Source: Actinomycetota bacterium (lineage in GTDB: Bacteria > Actinomycetota > UBA4738 > CALAEC01). From it: 52,289 nucleotides of DNA. Both the position numbers and the translations under genes were made by a program. The DNA lies in contig DASWKG010000112.1 in the NCBI GenBank assembly GCA_036396755.1, positions 1-52,289 on the forward strand, read 5' to 3'. The notes under the pieces were generated by a model. It ran no database searches, had not been told where the DNA came from, and saw only the letters and a program-made list of their open reading frames with translations. Positions 24,982 through 34,793 of the stretch are shown here, piece after piece (position 1 is the stretch's first letter; the number at the start of each line of letters is the position of its first letter).

Positions 24982-26033
24982 TGGGCGGCCTCGCCTTCCG
25001 GGACGTCGGGAAGGCCTTCGGGGCCGTCACCGCCCTGCGGGGGCTCGACGTCGAGGTGGCCCAGGGCGAGCTCCTCGTGCTCGTGGGCCCGTCGGGGTGC
25101 GGGAAGACCACGGCCCTTCGCGTGGCGGCGGGGCTCGAGCGCCCCGACGAAGGGCGCCTCTTCATCGGGAGCCGCGACGTGACCGACCTTCCGCCCGGGA
25201 AGCGCAACGTGGCGATGGTCTTCCAGTCCTACGCCCTGTTCCCCCACCTCACCGCCGAGGAGAACATCGTGTTCGGCCTGCGCTCGCGTGGGATGGACCG
25301 GGAGGCGGCCCGCGAGCGCGCGCACTCGGCGGCCAGGCTCGCGGGCTGCGGGGAGCTACTCGACCGGAAGCCGTCGCAGCTCTCGGGCGGCGAGCGGCAG
25401 CGTGTGGCGCTCGCGCGGGCGCTCGCGCGGGAGCCGGAGGTGTTCCTGCTCGACGAGCCGCTCTCCAGCCTCGACGCGCAGCTCCGCGTGGAGATGCGGG
25501 CCGAGATCGCGGGGCTCCACCGCCGCCTCGGGAGCACGATGCTCTACGTGACCCACGACCAGGTGGAGGCGCTCATGATGGGCGACCGGGTGGGGATCAT
25601 GCGCGAGGGGGCTCTCGAGCAGGTGGGCACGCCCGACGAGGTCTACCGGCGGCCGGCCACGCGCTTCGTGGCCCGCTTCCTCGGGAGCCCGCCGATGAAC
25701 CTGCTGCCGGCCGTGCGCGACGGCGCCGCGCTGCGAGCGGGGCCGTTCCTCGTCGACCGTCCCGAGGTGGCGGGGCTCTCGGGCCGCCTCGAGGTGGGCG
25801 TGCGGCCCGAGCGGGTGCGGATCGGCGACGGCGCCCGGGCCGAGGTCCGGCTCGTGGAGACGGCCGGGAGCGAGCGCTACGTGCACCTGTGGACGGGAGA
25901 GCTCACCGTGATCGCGCGCACGGCCGCCGACGCGGCGGTCGCCCTGGGCGAGACCGCCAGGGTGGGCTTCGACCCCGCCGACGCCTGCGTGTTCGACGCC
26001 GACACGGGACGGACGCTGGTGCACGCGCGGTGA
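24981..26033 (+). CDS. ABC transporter ATP-binding protein, MalK/UgpC/MsiK type
   Basis: Walker A GPSGCGKTT, signature LSGGERQR, Walker B FLLDEPLSSLD, plus a C-terminal TOBE-like regulatory domain. The start overlaps the upstream stop (TGATG). Confidence 0.9.
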   Translation: MGGLAFRDVGKAFGAVTALRGLDVEVAQGELLVLVGPSGCGKTTALRVAAGLERPDEGRLFIGSRDVTDLPPGKRNVAMVFQSYALFPHLTAEENIVFGLRSRGMDREAARERAHSAARLAGCGELLDRKPSQLSGGERQRVALARALAREPEVFLLDEPLSSLDAQLRVEMRAEIAGLHRRLGSTMLYVTHDQVEALMMGDRVGIMREGALEQVGTPDEVYRRPATRFVARFLGSPPMNLLPAVRDGAALRAGPFLVDRPEVAGLSGRLEVGVRPERVRIGDGARAEVRLVETAGSERYVHLWTGELTVIARTAADAAVALGETARVGFDPADACVFDADTGRTLVHAR

Positions 26034-26902
26034 CCGAGCGCCGCCGGCTCTTCCTGCTGCTCTCTCCCTACCTGCTGGGCCTCACGGTCCTGATCCTCGT
26101 CCCCGGCATCGTGACGTTCGCGATGTCGCTGTTCGACTGGGACCTCATCACGCCGCCCGAGTTCACCGGGCTCGACAACTTCCGCGAGCTCGCCGGCGAC
26201 GGCCTGTTCCGCATCTCGCTGCGGAACTCGCTGTCGTTCGCGGCGTGGGCGGTACCGCTGCGGCTTCTGGGCGCGCTCGGCCTCGCCCTCCTGCTGCACC
26301 GGCGGTTCCGCGGCGTCGGCGCGTACCGCACGGCGGCGTGGATCCCGACGGTCATCCCCGACGTCGCCTACGGCCTCGTGTGGCTGTGGATCCTGAACCC
26401 GCTCTACGGGCCGCTGAACCTCCTGCTCGAGGCGGTCGGCATCGGGGCGAAGAACTGGCTCTCGGACCCGACGTCGGCGCAGGCCGCGGTCGTGCTGATG
26501 AGCGCGTTCACCATCGGTGAGGGGTTCCTGGTGGCGCTGGCCACCCGCCAGGAGCTGCCCGAGGAGCTGTACGAGGTCGCGTCCGTCGAGGGCGCGTCGC
26601 CTCTGCGGGTGTTCCGCAAGGTGACGCTCCCGCTCATGGCGCCCACGCTGCTCCTCCTGCTCTTCCGCGACACGGTGTTCTCGATGCAGGCGAGCTTCGT
26701 CCCCGCGCTCATCGTCACCGGGGGCGGCCCGCCGCCGAACTCGACGACCTACCTCCCCCTGTTCGCGTACGAGAACGCGTTCGAGTTCCTCCGCTATGGG
26801 TACGCCGCCGCCGCGACGCTCGTGATGTTCGCGGTGACGGCAGCGATCGTCGGAGTGCAGTGGCTGCTCGTGCGCCGCTACCGCCGCGCGTTCGTGCTGT
26901 GA
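26030..26902 (+). CDS. Carbohydrate-type ABC transporter permease (MalF-like)
   Basis: The GTG at 26030 overlaps the ATPase stop (GTGA). It has 6 TM segments and the EAA loop EVASVEGASPLRVFRKVTLPLMAP. Confidence 0.85.
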   Translation: MTERRRLFLLLSPYLLGLTVLILVPGIVTFAMSLFDWDLITPPEFTGLDNFRELAGDGLFRISLRNSLSFAAWAVPLRLLGALGLALLLHRRFRGVGAYRTAAWIPTVIPDVAYGLVWLWILNPLYGPLNLLLEAVGIGAKNWLSDPTSAQAAVVLMSAFTIGEGFLVALATRQELPEELYEVASVEGASPLRVFRKVTLPLMAPTLLLLLFRDTVFSMQASFVPALIVTGGGPPPNSTTYLPLFAYENAFEFLRYGYAAAATLVMFAVTAAIVGVQWLLVRRYRRAFVL

Positions 26903-26915
26903 CGCGGGCCGCGCT

Positions 26916-27482
26916 TCAGTCGAGATCCGGAGGAGGGCGATCGCGCGAGTGCGCCGACGGAAGCGTCGTCCATTCCTCGAAGCCGACAGGCTCAACAACG
27001 GCATCGCCGGTGAGCCGGTCGTAGAAGACGGCGACCACCTCACCGCTGCCGGTAGCCGAGGAGGCACGAACCGCCTCGAAACCCACGTAGTGGGCGGCCT
27101 CTCCAACTCCCTGGCAAGCCGACGGATCCTCCGAACGGATGTCGTCTAGTGAAAGGCCCACCCTGGACAGAGCCTCAACCGTGGTGAGGTCGAGGACGCC
27201 GGTGAGCTCGGTCCGATACGTGTAGAGCCGCCTCGGGAGAAGGGCTGCGGGAGGCATCGACTGATGTCGAGCGAGTCGATAGAACTCACCGACGACCGTT
27301 TCGCGGTCAAGCCCCAAGTAGAGCGTTGGGAAGCTCTCAGGGGGATTCCAACGCCCCCCGTGGATGCGGGCACCCTCGGCGTTGAGGGGTGAGTATCGCG
27401 GACCCAGATGCCGAAATGCTTGCCCCTGATACCCCGCCCTCGGAAACGAGTCGACGGCCTCGATGAGAGGGAGGTCCGGCAC
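26916..27482 (-). CDS. RES-domain toxin (NAD+-degrading toxin family of RES-Xre type II TA systems)
   Basis: 188 aa with the motifs GGRWNPP, LYLGLDRETVVGEF and VRASSATG, consistent with the R-E-S signature. The GTG start overlaps the antitoxin stop (TAGTG). Confidence 0.82.
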   Translation of the reverse strand: MPDLPLIEAVDSFPRAGYQGQAFRHLGPRYSPLNAEGARIHGGRWNPPESFPTLYLGLDRETVVGEFYRLARHQSMPPAALLPRRLYTYRTELTGVLDLTTVEALSRVGLSLDDIRSEDPSACQGVGEAAHYVGFEAVRASSATGSGEVVAVFYDRLTGDAVVEPVGFEEWTTLPSAHSRDRPPPDLD

Positions 27483-27817
27483 TACACGAAGACGCCCTCG
27501 CCGAGGGCATCGATCGCGGCAAGAACCTCACGGTAGCGGCCTTCCCGCAAGAGCTCTGCCGGCTTGTGGTGACCAAGAGCGGCGTTCGGCGTGAAGAGCC
27601 AGTCGTGCGCCGGTTCCGGGCGAAGGGTCGCAGAGAGACGCTCAACGACGGCGAGGAACTCCAGCAGTCGTTCCCGAGCGTCCGGGCGTGGCGAGACCTC
27701 GCGACGGAGCCATCGGGAGACCGTCCTCGTAGTGGCCCCGACGACCCGGGCAAGATCGCCATGATCCAGCCCCGCGGACGCCAGAGCAGACTCCAGCCGC
27801 AAGGTTAGCGCCGCCAT
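27482..27817 (-). CDS. Xre-like antitoxin with a C-terminal DUF2384 / MbcA-ParS toxin-binding domain
   Basis: N-terminal HTH (LARVVGATTRTVSRWLRRE) and a C-terminal ..WLFTPNAALGHHKPAELL.. motif. I prefer the ATG at 27817, which is preceded by GGAGGGAGG. The track ORF starts 2 codons earlier, at GTG 27823. Confidence 0.8.
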   Translation of the reverse strand: MAALTLRLESALASAGLDHGDLARVVGATTRTVSRWLRREVSPRPDARERLLEFLAVVERLSATLRPEPAHDWLFTPNAALGHHKPAELLREGRYREVLAAIDALGEGVFV

Positions 27818-27838
27818 CCCCACCTCCCTCCAGAATCA

Positions 27839-27860
27839 CAGGATTGTGTTTGTCATCCTG
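27839..27860. promoter_or_regulatory. Inverted repeat CAGGAT-N10-ATCCTG upstream of the antitoxin gene, a candidate TA operator
   Basis: Seen in the AT-richest stretch of the window (27831-27900 is 34/70 G+C by hand count), 22-43 nt upstream of the antitoxin ATG. Confidence 0.3.
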
Positions 27861-27901
27861 GATGTCCTACAGTATGGCACACGAACGTCGCTGATATGGC
27901 T

Positions 27902-27920
27902 CCAGAAACCGACTTTCTGG
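27902..27920 (-). terminator. Hairpin CCAGAAA-CCGAC-TTTCTGG downstream of the polyprenyl synthase / nuo array
   Basis: A 7-bp perfect stem lies 41 nt after the stop at 27961. There is no U-tract. Confidence 0.3.
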
Positions 27921-27960
27921 CCCCGAGTGAGCTGAGGGGCGGAGCAACTCTCGGACTCCG

Positions 27961-28959
27961 CTATTCGCGGGCGCCGCAGCGCTCCGCGAGGAACCTCGCG
28001 AGGTGGGTGAGGGCCTCCCGAGCCGGGCCGGCCTCAAGGCCTTCCGCCTCGTCGACCGCCTGCCCCACCTCGGCGGAGACTGCCTCGCGGGCCCGGTCGA
28101 GCGCGCCGTCGGTGCGGACGAGGTCGAGCGCGGCCCGGAGGCGCTCGCCCGAGGGCGGGCCCTCGGCGAGCAGGGCCCGGAGGCGACCGTCGTCGCCCTT
28201 CAGCGCGTGGATGACCGGGAGCGTGTAGACGCCCTCCTTCAGGTCGACGCCCGGCTCCTTGCCGAGCGCCGCCTCGTCCTCGGTGATGTCCATGATGTCG
28301 TCGGAGAGCTGGAACGCCATCCCGAGCGCGCGGCCGAAGCGGGTCAGGCGCTCGACGCCGGGCGGGTCCACCCCCGCCAGCATCCCGCCAAGGCGGCACG
28401 AGGTCGCGATCAGGGCGGCGGTCTTCCTTCGGATCACCTCGAGGTACTCGGCCTCGGCCACGTCGACGCGGCCGGTCACCTGCGCCTCGAGGATCTGGCC
28501 CTGGCAGACCTGCGCGATCGTCGCGGCGAGCAGCTTCGACACGTCGGTCCCCAGCTCGGCGGAGATCTCCGACGACCGGGCGAACAGGTAGTCGCCGGTG
28601 AGGACCGCGACCGTGTTCCCCCATCTCGCGTTCACCGACGGCGCGCCGCGCCGCGAGTCGGCCTCGTCGATCACGTCGTCGTGGTACAGGCTCGCCAGGT
28701 GCGTGAGCTCGATCGCGGCGGCCCCGGCGATGAGGCGCGGGTCGGCGGGGTCGCCGAGGTGGCTGCTGAGCAGCACGAGCATCGGGCGGAACCGCTTCCC
28801 TCCGGCGGCGAGCAGGTGCAGGGCCGCGTCGGAGACGAGCGGCACGTCGGCGCCCAGCGACGACTCCAGGAACGCCTCCACCTGGTCCAGCCCGCTCGCC
28901 ACCCGCGCGTCGAGCTGGGGGTCGGGGGCCACCAGCTCCGGCTTCGCGTCCCTGCTCAT
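27961..28959 (-). CDS. Polyprenyl diphosphate synthase, long-chain type (menaquinone side-chain synthase-like)
   Basis: 332 aa. First Asp-rich motif LYHDDVIDEADSRRG, second motif FQLSDDIMD. Confidence 0.88.
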   Translation of the reverse strand: MSRDAKPELVAPDPQLDARVASGLDQVEAFLESSLGADVPLVSDAALHLLAAGGKRFRPMLVLLSSHLGDPADPRLIAGAAAIELTHLASLYHDDVIDEADSRRGAPSVNARWGNTVAVLTGDYLFARSSEISAELGTDVSKLLAATIAQVCQGQILEAQVTGRVDVAEAEYLEVIRRKTAALIATSCRLGGMLAGVDPPGVERLTRFGRALGMAFQLSDDIMDITEDEAALGKEPGVDLKEGVYTLPVIHALKGDDGRLRALLAEGPPSGERLRAALDLVRTDGALDRAREAVSAEVGQAVDEAEGLEAGPAREALTHLARFLAERCGARE

Positions 28960-28981
28960 GGGGGTGATGGTATCCCGCGGG

Positions 28982-30439
28982 TCAGAAGCGAAGCACGGAC
29001 GCCGACTTCAGCACGTTCAGGAGGATGCCCGGGAGCACGCCGAACAGCAGCGTGAGCACCCCCGTGACGGCCACCGCCATCGCCGGAAGGGGCTCGACCG
29101 AGAGCAGGCCCGCCTCCTCGGGGTCCTGCATGTACGCGAGCACGATGAGCCGGATGTAGAAGAAGGCGGCCACGACCGACGCGAGCACACCCACGATGAC
29201 CAGCTCGGTCTGCCCCGCCTCGATCGCGGCGCCGAACACGAGCACCTTCGCGATGAAGCCGGCGGTCGGCGGGATGCCGGCCAGGGAGAGCAGGAACAGC
29301 GCCATCAGCCCCGCGAGGAGCGGGCTCCGGCGCACGAGCCCCGCGTAGGAGCTGAGCGACGTGCGCTCCTCGCCCACGCCGGAGACGAGCATCACCACCC
29401 CGAACGCACCGAGGATCATCGCCGCGTACGCGGCGAGGTAGAACATCGCGCCGGAGATACCGGCCTGGTTCGCGGCCGTCACGCCCACGAGCACGAACCC
29501 CGCGTGCGCGATCGAGGAGTAGGCGAGCATCCGCTTCACGTCGGTCTGCGCGATCGCGAGCAGGGAGCCACCCACCATCGAGAGGACCGCCAGCCACCAG
29601 AGCGCCGGGGAGATGTCCCACGAGACCGGGCCGAGCGCCGACGCGGTGACCCGGAGGAGCGCGGCGAACCCCGCGACCTTCGTCCCGGCCGACATGAACG
29701 CGGTGACGGGCGTCGGCGCGCCCTGGTAGACGTCGGGGGTCCACATGTGGAACGGGACCGCGCCCACCTTGAAGGCGAAGCCGACGAGGAGCAGCGCCCC
29801 GGCCCCGAGCGCGAGGCCCAGCTCGCCGGTCTGCCCCGACAATGCCCGGCCGATGCCGTTCAGGCTCGTCGTGCCGGAGGCGCCGTAGGCGAGCGCGATG
29901 CCGTAGAGGAAGAAGGCCGAGGAGAACGCCCCCAAGAGGAAGTACTTCATCCCGGCCTCCTGCGAGGTGAGCCGCCGGAGCGAGTAGCCCGCGAGCACGT
30001 AGAGCGACAGCGACAGCAGCTCGAGGGCGAGGAACGCGACGATGAGGTCCGCGGCGGCGGCGAGCAGCGTCATCCCCGCGGTCGAGAACAGGAGCAGCGT
30101 GAAGAACTCGGGCTTGCCCTCCCCCGTCCGCCGCAGGTAGTGCGTGGCGAGCACGGTCGCGATCGCCGCGCTCGCGAGGATCACGAGCCGGAAGAAGACC
30201 GAGAAGCGGTCGGTGGCGACCGTGTGGCCCAGGACCGTCGCCTCGCCGCCCCAGTTCCAGAGCGCGAGGGCGGCCGCGGCCGACCCGGCGATACCGGCGA
30301 GCGCCAGGAGAGCGGCGGGGCGATGGTCGCGCGCGGGACGGGCCGCGTCGATCAGCATGATGAGGATCGCCGTCCCCACAAGGATGATCTCGGGGAGGAT
30401 CGGGACGAGGGCGATCCGCGGCGCGTCGATCGGCGGCAT
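28982..30439 (-). CDS. nuoN: NADH-quinone oxidoreductase subunit N (complete operon)
   Basis: 485-aa antiporter-like subunit, directly after nuoM (its stop at 30440 abuts the ATG at 30439). Confidence 0.92.
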   Translation of the reverse strand: MPPIDAPRIALVPILPEIILVGTAILIMLIDAARPARDHRPAALLALAGIAGSAAAALALWNWGGEATVLGHTVATDRFSVFFRLVILASAAIATVLATHYLRRTGEGKPEFFTLLLFSTAGMTLLAAAADLIVAFLALELLSLSLYVLAGYSLRRLTSQEAGMKYFLLGAFSSAFFLYGIALAYGASGTTSLNGIGRALSGQTGELGLALGAGALLLVGFAFKVGAVPFHMWTPDVYQGAPTPVTAFMSAGTKVAGFAALLRVTASALGPVSWDISPALWWLAVLSMVGGSLLAIAQTDVKRMLAYSSIAHAGFVLVGVTAANQAGISGAMFYLAAYAAMILGAFGVVMLVSGVGEERTSLSSYAGLVRRSPLLAGLMALFLLSLAGIPPTAGFIAKVLVFGAAIEAGQTELVIVGVLASVVAAFFYIRLIVLAYMQDPEEAGLLSVEPLPAMAVAVTGVLTLLFGVLPGILLNVLKSASVLRF

Positions 30440-32041
30440 CTAGCCTCCCCCTCCGGCGGCCTCGATCGGCGTCGGCTGCGGCACGACCTGGATCACCTTC
30501 GCGGCGCGATCGGCCGACGGCTGGATCCGGTCGAGGAACGGCTTCGGGAAGACGCCGATCGCGACGATCAGGGCGACGATCGGCACGAGGATCGCGTACT
30601 CGCGGATCGAGAGGTCGGCGAGGCCGGCGTGCTCGGGCCTCGCCTCGCCGTGCATCACGCGCTGGTAGGCCCAGAGCAGGTAGATCGCCGCCAGCACCAT
30701 CCCGAAGGCGGCGAAGATCGCGAACGGCCGGTGGGCGAAGAACGTGCCGCCGAGCACCAGGAACTCGCCGATGAACCCGTTCAGGCCCGGGAGCGCGAGC
30801 GACGACAGTGCCACCACGAGGAAGAAGCCGGCGAGGACCGGCGTCTGCTTCGCGAGCCCGCCCATCGAGTCGATGTCGCGCGTGTGCGTCCGGTCGTAGA
30901 GCATGCCGACCAGCAGGAACAGCGCGCCGGTGGACAGGCCGTGGTTCACCATCTGGATCACGCCGCCCGACATGCCCTGGAGCGTGCCGGCGAAGATGCC
31001 GAGCACCACGAACCCGAGGTGCGAGACGCTCGAGTAGGCGACGAGGCGCTTCAGGTCGCGCTGGATCAGCGCGACGATCCCCCCGTAGAGGATGCCCGTG
31101 ACCGCGAGCGCGAGGACGAGGTTCCGGAAGTAGGAGGACGCCTCGGGGAAGAGCCCCAGGTTGAACCGGATCAGGCCGTAGGCGCCGATCTTCAGCAGGA
31201 CGCCGGCGAGGATCACCGACCCCGCCGTCGGCGCCTCGGTGTGCGCGTCGGGCAGCCAGGTGTGGAGCGGGAAGAGCGGGACCTTCACCGCGAACGCCAG
31301 GAAGAACGCGAGGAACAGCCAGCGCGCGGTCGCGACCGGCAGCTCGAGTTCCTGCAGCGCCTGCAGGTCGAACGTGGCGCCGCCGAGCTGCGAGCCGGAG
31401 CGGAAGTAGAGGAACAGGATCGCGACGAGCAGCAGCGCCGACCCCGCCATCGTGAACAGGAAGAACTTCACCGCCGCGTACACGCGGCGCTCGTAGCCCC
31501 AGATGCCGATGATCAGGTACATCGGAAAGAGCATCCCCTCGAAGAAGACGAAGAAGAGGAGCAGATCGAGGGAGAGGAAGGACCCGAGGAGCGCGGTCTC
31601 GAGCAGGAGGAGCGAGGCCATGAAGTACGGCACGCGGTCGGTCACCTTCCACGACGCGAGCACCGCGAGCGGCATGAGGAACGTGGTGAGCAGGACCATG
31701 AACAGGCTGATGCCGTCGACGCCCAGCAGGTACTGGAAGTTGAGCGCCTCGACCCACCGGGCGCGCTCGACCAGTTGGAACCCGGCCTCCGACGTCTCGA
31801 ACGCGCCGAGGATGCCGAGCGAGACCACGAACGTCGCGGCCGTGACGGCGAGCGTGCCCCAGCGCCACAGGGCGTCGCGGCTGAGGCCCGGTGAGCGGCC
31901 GGATCCGTTGAGCGAAAGGTCCACGCCGGGCTCCAGCGCGTCGGTCTCGCGACGGCGGCCGGCGCCCACGGACAGCAGCGCCAGCACGACGAGCCCCATC
32001 AGGGGGGCGAACGCCGTCACGGTCAGCCAGGGGAAGTCCAT
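30440..32041 (-). CDS. nuoM: NADH-quinone oxidoreductase subunit M (complete operon)
   Basis: 533 aa with the motif HTWLPDAHTEAPTAGSVILAG. Confidence 0.92.
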   Translation of the reverse strand: MDFPWLTVTAFAPLMGLVVLALLSVGAGRRRETDALEPGVDLSLNGSGRSPGLSRDALWRWGTLAVTAATFVVSLGILGAFETSEAGFQLVERARWVEALNFQYLLGVDGISLFMVLLTTFLMPLAVLASWKVTDRVPYFMASLLLLETALLGSFLSLDLLLFFVFFEGMLFPMYLIIGIWGYERRVYAAVKFFLFTMAGSALLLVAILFLYFRSGSQLGGATFDLQALQELELPVATARWLFLAFFLAFAVKVPLFPLHTWLPDAHTEAPTAGSVILAGVLLKIGAYGLIRFNLGLFPEASSYFRNLVLALAVTGILYGGIVALIQRDLKRLVAYSSVSHLGFVVLGIFAGTLQGMSGGVIQMVNHGLSTGALFLLVGMLYDRTHTRDIDSMGGLAKQTPVLAGFFLVVALSSLALPGLNGFIGEFLVLGGTFFAHRPFAIFAAFGMVLAAIYLLWAYQRVMHGEARPEHAGLADLSIREYAILVPIVALIVAIGVFPKPFLDRIQPSADRAAKVIQVVPQPTPIEAAGGGG

Positions 32042-33934
32042 CTAGCTCCTCGCGAGCACCAGGATGAGGAGGAAGACCGCCCCGGAGAGGAACGCGAGCG
32101 CGTAGGTGCGGACGAAGCCGCTCTGCACCCGGCGGCCGATCGTCGCGAGGCGCCCGAAGCCCTCCCCCAGCCCGTTCACCGCGCCGTCGATCACCCTCTT
32201 GTCGAACACGTAGGCCATGAAGGCAGCGGCGGCCTTCCCGGGAAGGACCAGGAGCGCGCCGTAGACGTCGTCGAGGTACCACCCGCGCGCGAGCGTGCGC
32301 TGGATCATCGCGTGCCGGACGCGGAGCGCCGCCCAGTCGATCCCGCCCGACCCGTAGATCCACCAGCCGAGCAGGATGCCCCCCATCGAGACGAGGGTGG
32401 CGATGACGGCGAGGGGGACGGCTCCGAGGGCGGCCTCGTGCTCGGCGGCGTGGGCGAGCCCGAGGAACCCCTGGATGCGGCCGGTCGTCGCGGAGAGACC
32501 GAGCAGGCCCACGAGGGCCGCGCCCGCGGCCAGCACGGTCATCGGGATCGTCATCAGCGGCGGGGACTCGTGCGGGTCGAGGTTCGAGCGGGGCGAGCCC
32601 AGGAACGTGAGGACGAACGCGCGGGTCGCGTAGAAGGCCGTGAAACCGGCGGCCACCAGCGCGAGGACCCACAGCCACATCCGGCCGGCCTCGTACGCGG
32701 AGGCGAGGATCTGGTCCTTGCTGAAGAACCCGGCCAGCGGTGGGATGCCCGCGAGCGCGAGCGCGCCGACGCCGAACAGCGCCGCCGTCCACGGCATGCG
32801 TTTGGACAGCCCGCCGAGGCGCTTCATGTCGATCTCGCCGCCGGTCGCGTGCATCACGCTCCCGGCACCGAGGAACATGAGCGCCTTGAAGAACGCGTGG
32901 GTCACGAGGTGGAAGATCGCGACGGCGTACGCGCCGACGCCGGCGGCCAGGAACATGAACCCGAGCTGACTGATCGTCGAGTACGCGAGCACGCGCTTCA
33001 GGTCGTCCTGGCCGAGCGCCGAGGTGGCCGCGTAGAGCGCGGTGATGGTCCCGACGACGGCCACCACGAACAGCGCGACCCCCGACGCCTCGAAGATCAC
33101 GTGGGTCCGAACCACGAGGTAGACGCCCGCGGTCACCATCGTGGCGGCGTGGATGAGGGCCGAGACCGGCGTGGGGCCCTCCATCGCGTCGGGGAGCCAG
33201 ACGTGCAGGGGGAGCTGGGCCGACTTCCCCGCCGCGCCGAGGAACATGAGGAGCGCGATCGCGGTGGCGGTGCCGCTCGCGATGCCGGGCGCCTGCCGGA
33301 ACACCTCGTCGAACTGCACCGACCCCGTGACCGTGAAGATGAGGAAGATCGCGATCGCGAACCCGACGTCGCCGATGCGGTTGACGATGAACGCCTTCTT
33401 GCCCGCGTCGGCCGCCGCCTTCTTCTCGAACCAGAACGCGATGAGCAGGTACGAGCAGAGCCCCACGAGCTCCCAGCCCAGGTACATCAGCACGAAGTTG
33501 TTCGCCAGCACGAGCATGACCATCGAGAAGACGAAGAGGTTCAGGTACGCGAAGTAGCGGGTGGAGCGCGGGTCGCCGTGCATGTAGTCCATCGAGTACA
33601 CGTGGATCAGGAACGAGATGCCGGTGACGGTGAGCACCATCACCAGCGACAGCGGGTCGATGCGCAGCTCGACCGGGGCCTGGAACGAGCCGACCGAGAT
33701 CCAGTCGAAGAGGTGGACGCTGTGGGTGCGCAGGTGACCGGGGAGGCTCATCAGGTCGAAGAGGGCTTTGAGGCCCATCGCGAACGACAGCCCGACGAGG
33801 AGCGACGCGAGCCCACCGGCGATCCCCCGCAGACGCTTGCCGAACAGGAGCAGGACCACCGCCCCGGCCAACGGCAGCGTCGGGATCAGCCACACGGTGG
33901 AGAACGACGGAGCCCCGACGATCGAGCCCATCAC
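32042..33934 (-). CDS. nuoL: NADH-quinone oxidoreductase subunit L (complete operon)
   Basis: 630 aa with the motif [27 protein letters not shown] 33934 and ATG 33931 overlap the nuoK stop. Confidence 0.92.
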   Translation of the reverse strand: MMGSIVGAPSFSTVWLIPTLPLAGAVVLLLFGKRLRGIAGGLASLLVGLSFAMGLKALFDLMSLPGHLRTHSVHLFDWISVGSFQAPVELRIDPLSLVMVLTVTGISFLIHVYSMDYMHGDPRSTRYFAYLNLFVFSMVMLVLANNFVLMYLGWELVGLCSYLLIAFWFEKKAAADAGKKAFIVNRIGDVGFAIAIFLIFTVTGSVQFDEVFRQAPGIASGTATAIALLMFLGAAGKSAQLPLHVWLPDAMEGPTPVSALIHAATMVTAGVYLVVRTHVIFEASGVALFVVAVVGTITALYAATSALGQDDLKRVLAYSTISQLGFMFLAAGVGAYAVAIFHLVTHAFFKALMFLGAGSVMHATGGEIDMKRLGGLSKRMPWTAALFGVGALALAGIPPLAGFFSKDQILASAYEAGRMWLWVLALVAAGFTAFYATRAFVLTFLGSPRSNLDPHESPPLMTIPMTVLAAGAALVGLLGLSATTGRIQGFLGLAHAAEHEAALGAVPLAVIATLVSMGGILLGWWIYGSGGIDWAALRVRHAMIQRTLARGWYLDDVYGALLVLPGKAAAAFMAYVFDKRVIDGAVNGLGEGFGRLATIGRRVQSGFVRTYALAFLSGAVFLLILVLARS

Positions 33935-34230
33935 CAGCGCATCACGCTCACCTCGTCGACGTCCGCGGAGGACCGGCGGCGGAAGATCGAGACGATGATG
34001 GCCAGGCCCACGACGACCTCGGCGGCGGCCACGACCATCGAGAAGAACGCGAGCACCTGCCCGTCGACCTCGCCCAGGCGGCGCGCGAAGGCGACGAGCG
34101 ACAGGTTCACCGCGTTCAGCTGCAGCTCGACCGACATGAAGATCACGAGCGCGTTCTTGCGCACGAGCACGCCGAGCGTCCCGATGCTGAACAGGACCCC
34201 CGACAGGATGAGGTAGGCGCCGATCGGCAC
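33931..34230 (-). CDS. nuoK: NADH-quinone oxidoreductase subunit K (complete operon)
   Basis: 99 aa from GTG 34230, with the motif [17 protein letters not shown]. The track ORF 33931..35097 is a spurious upstream extension. Confidence 0.88.
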   Translation of the reverse strand: MPIGAYLILSGVLFSIGTLGVLVRKNALVIFMSVELQLNAVNLSLVAFARRLGEVDGQVLAFFSMVVAAAEVVVGLAIIVSIFRRRSSADVDEVSVMRW

Positions 34231-34793
34231 TAGACCGGCTCCTCCGGCCGCGGCGGCGCGGACCTCGTCGCGGCCCGGGTCTCCGCCTCCTCCTCGCCCG
34301 TGCGGCGGGCGAGGACCATCGCCGCGATCGCCGCGACGATGAGCAGGACCGAGGTCACCTCGAACGGGAAGACGAAGTCGGTGAAGAGCACGCGGGCGAC
34401 CGCGCGGACGTTGTCGCCGCTCGCCGGCGGCAGCCGCGGCTCCGAGAGCCCGACGCCGACCTGGATCAGGAAGATGACGGCGGCCACGAGGAAGACCCAG
34501 AGCGCGATCGCGGCCGGGCGCTGGAGGCGGATGCGGTCGCGCAGCACCTCCCGGCGGTCGACCCCGAGGAACATGATCACGAACAGGAACAGGACCATGA
34601 TCGCGCCCGCGTACACGATGACCTGCACGGCCGCGAGGAACGGCGCGTCGAGGAGCACGAAGAGCACCGCGAGCGTGAACTGGTTGAGGATGAGCAAGAG
34701 CGCCGCGTGCACCGCGTTCCGCTGGAACAGCATGAACGCGGCCGCGCCGACGCTGACCGTCGCGGTGATCCAGAAGGTGATGACCTCGCCCAT
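34230..34793 (-). CDS. nuoJ: NADH-quinone oxidoreductase subunit J (complete operon)
   Basis: 187 aa with the motif [20 protein letters not shown]. Confidence 0.9.
   Translation of the reverse strand: MGEVITFWITATVSVGAAAFMLFQRNAVHAALLLILNQFTLAVLFVLLDAPFLAAVQVIVYAGAIMVLFLFVIMFLGVDRREVLRDRIRLQRPAAIALWVFLVAAVIFLIQVGVGLSEPRLPPASGDNVRAVARVLFTDFVFPFEVTSVLLIVAAIAAMVLARRTGEEEAETRAATRSAPPRPEEPV

Noticed and set aside
28598-31894. 1098-aa antisense ORF opposite nuoN/nuoM. Similar long antisense ORFs occur at 12681-14477, 14923-16434, 32312-34216, 36638-38224, 40666-42483, 43269-44822 and 48520-50532
   Set aside because: All are R/E/D/G/P-biased with no recognisable domains. Each lies exactly opposite a gene with strong family motifs and high GC3. 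They are treated as compositional artefacts.
28956-33893. 1645-aa ORF on the same strand as nuoL/M/N, the longest ORF in the track
   Set aside because: It is in an alternative frame of three well-conserved membrane subunits. Its translation is an Arg/Pro/Gly/Ala-rich low-complexity string with no motifs. This is the typical stop-codon-poor off-frame of a very GC-rich genome.
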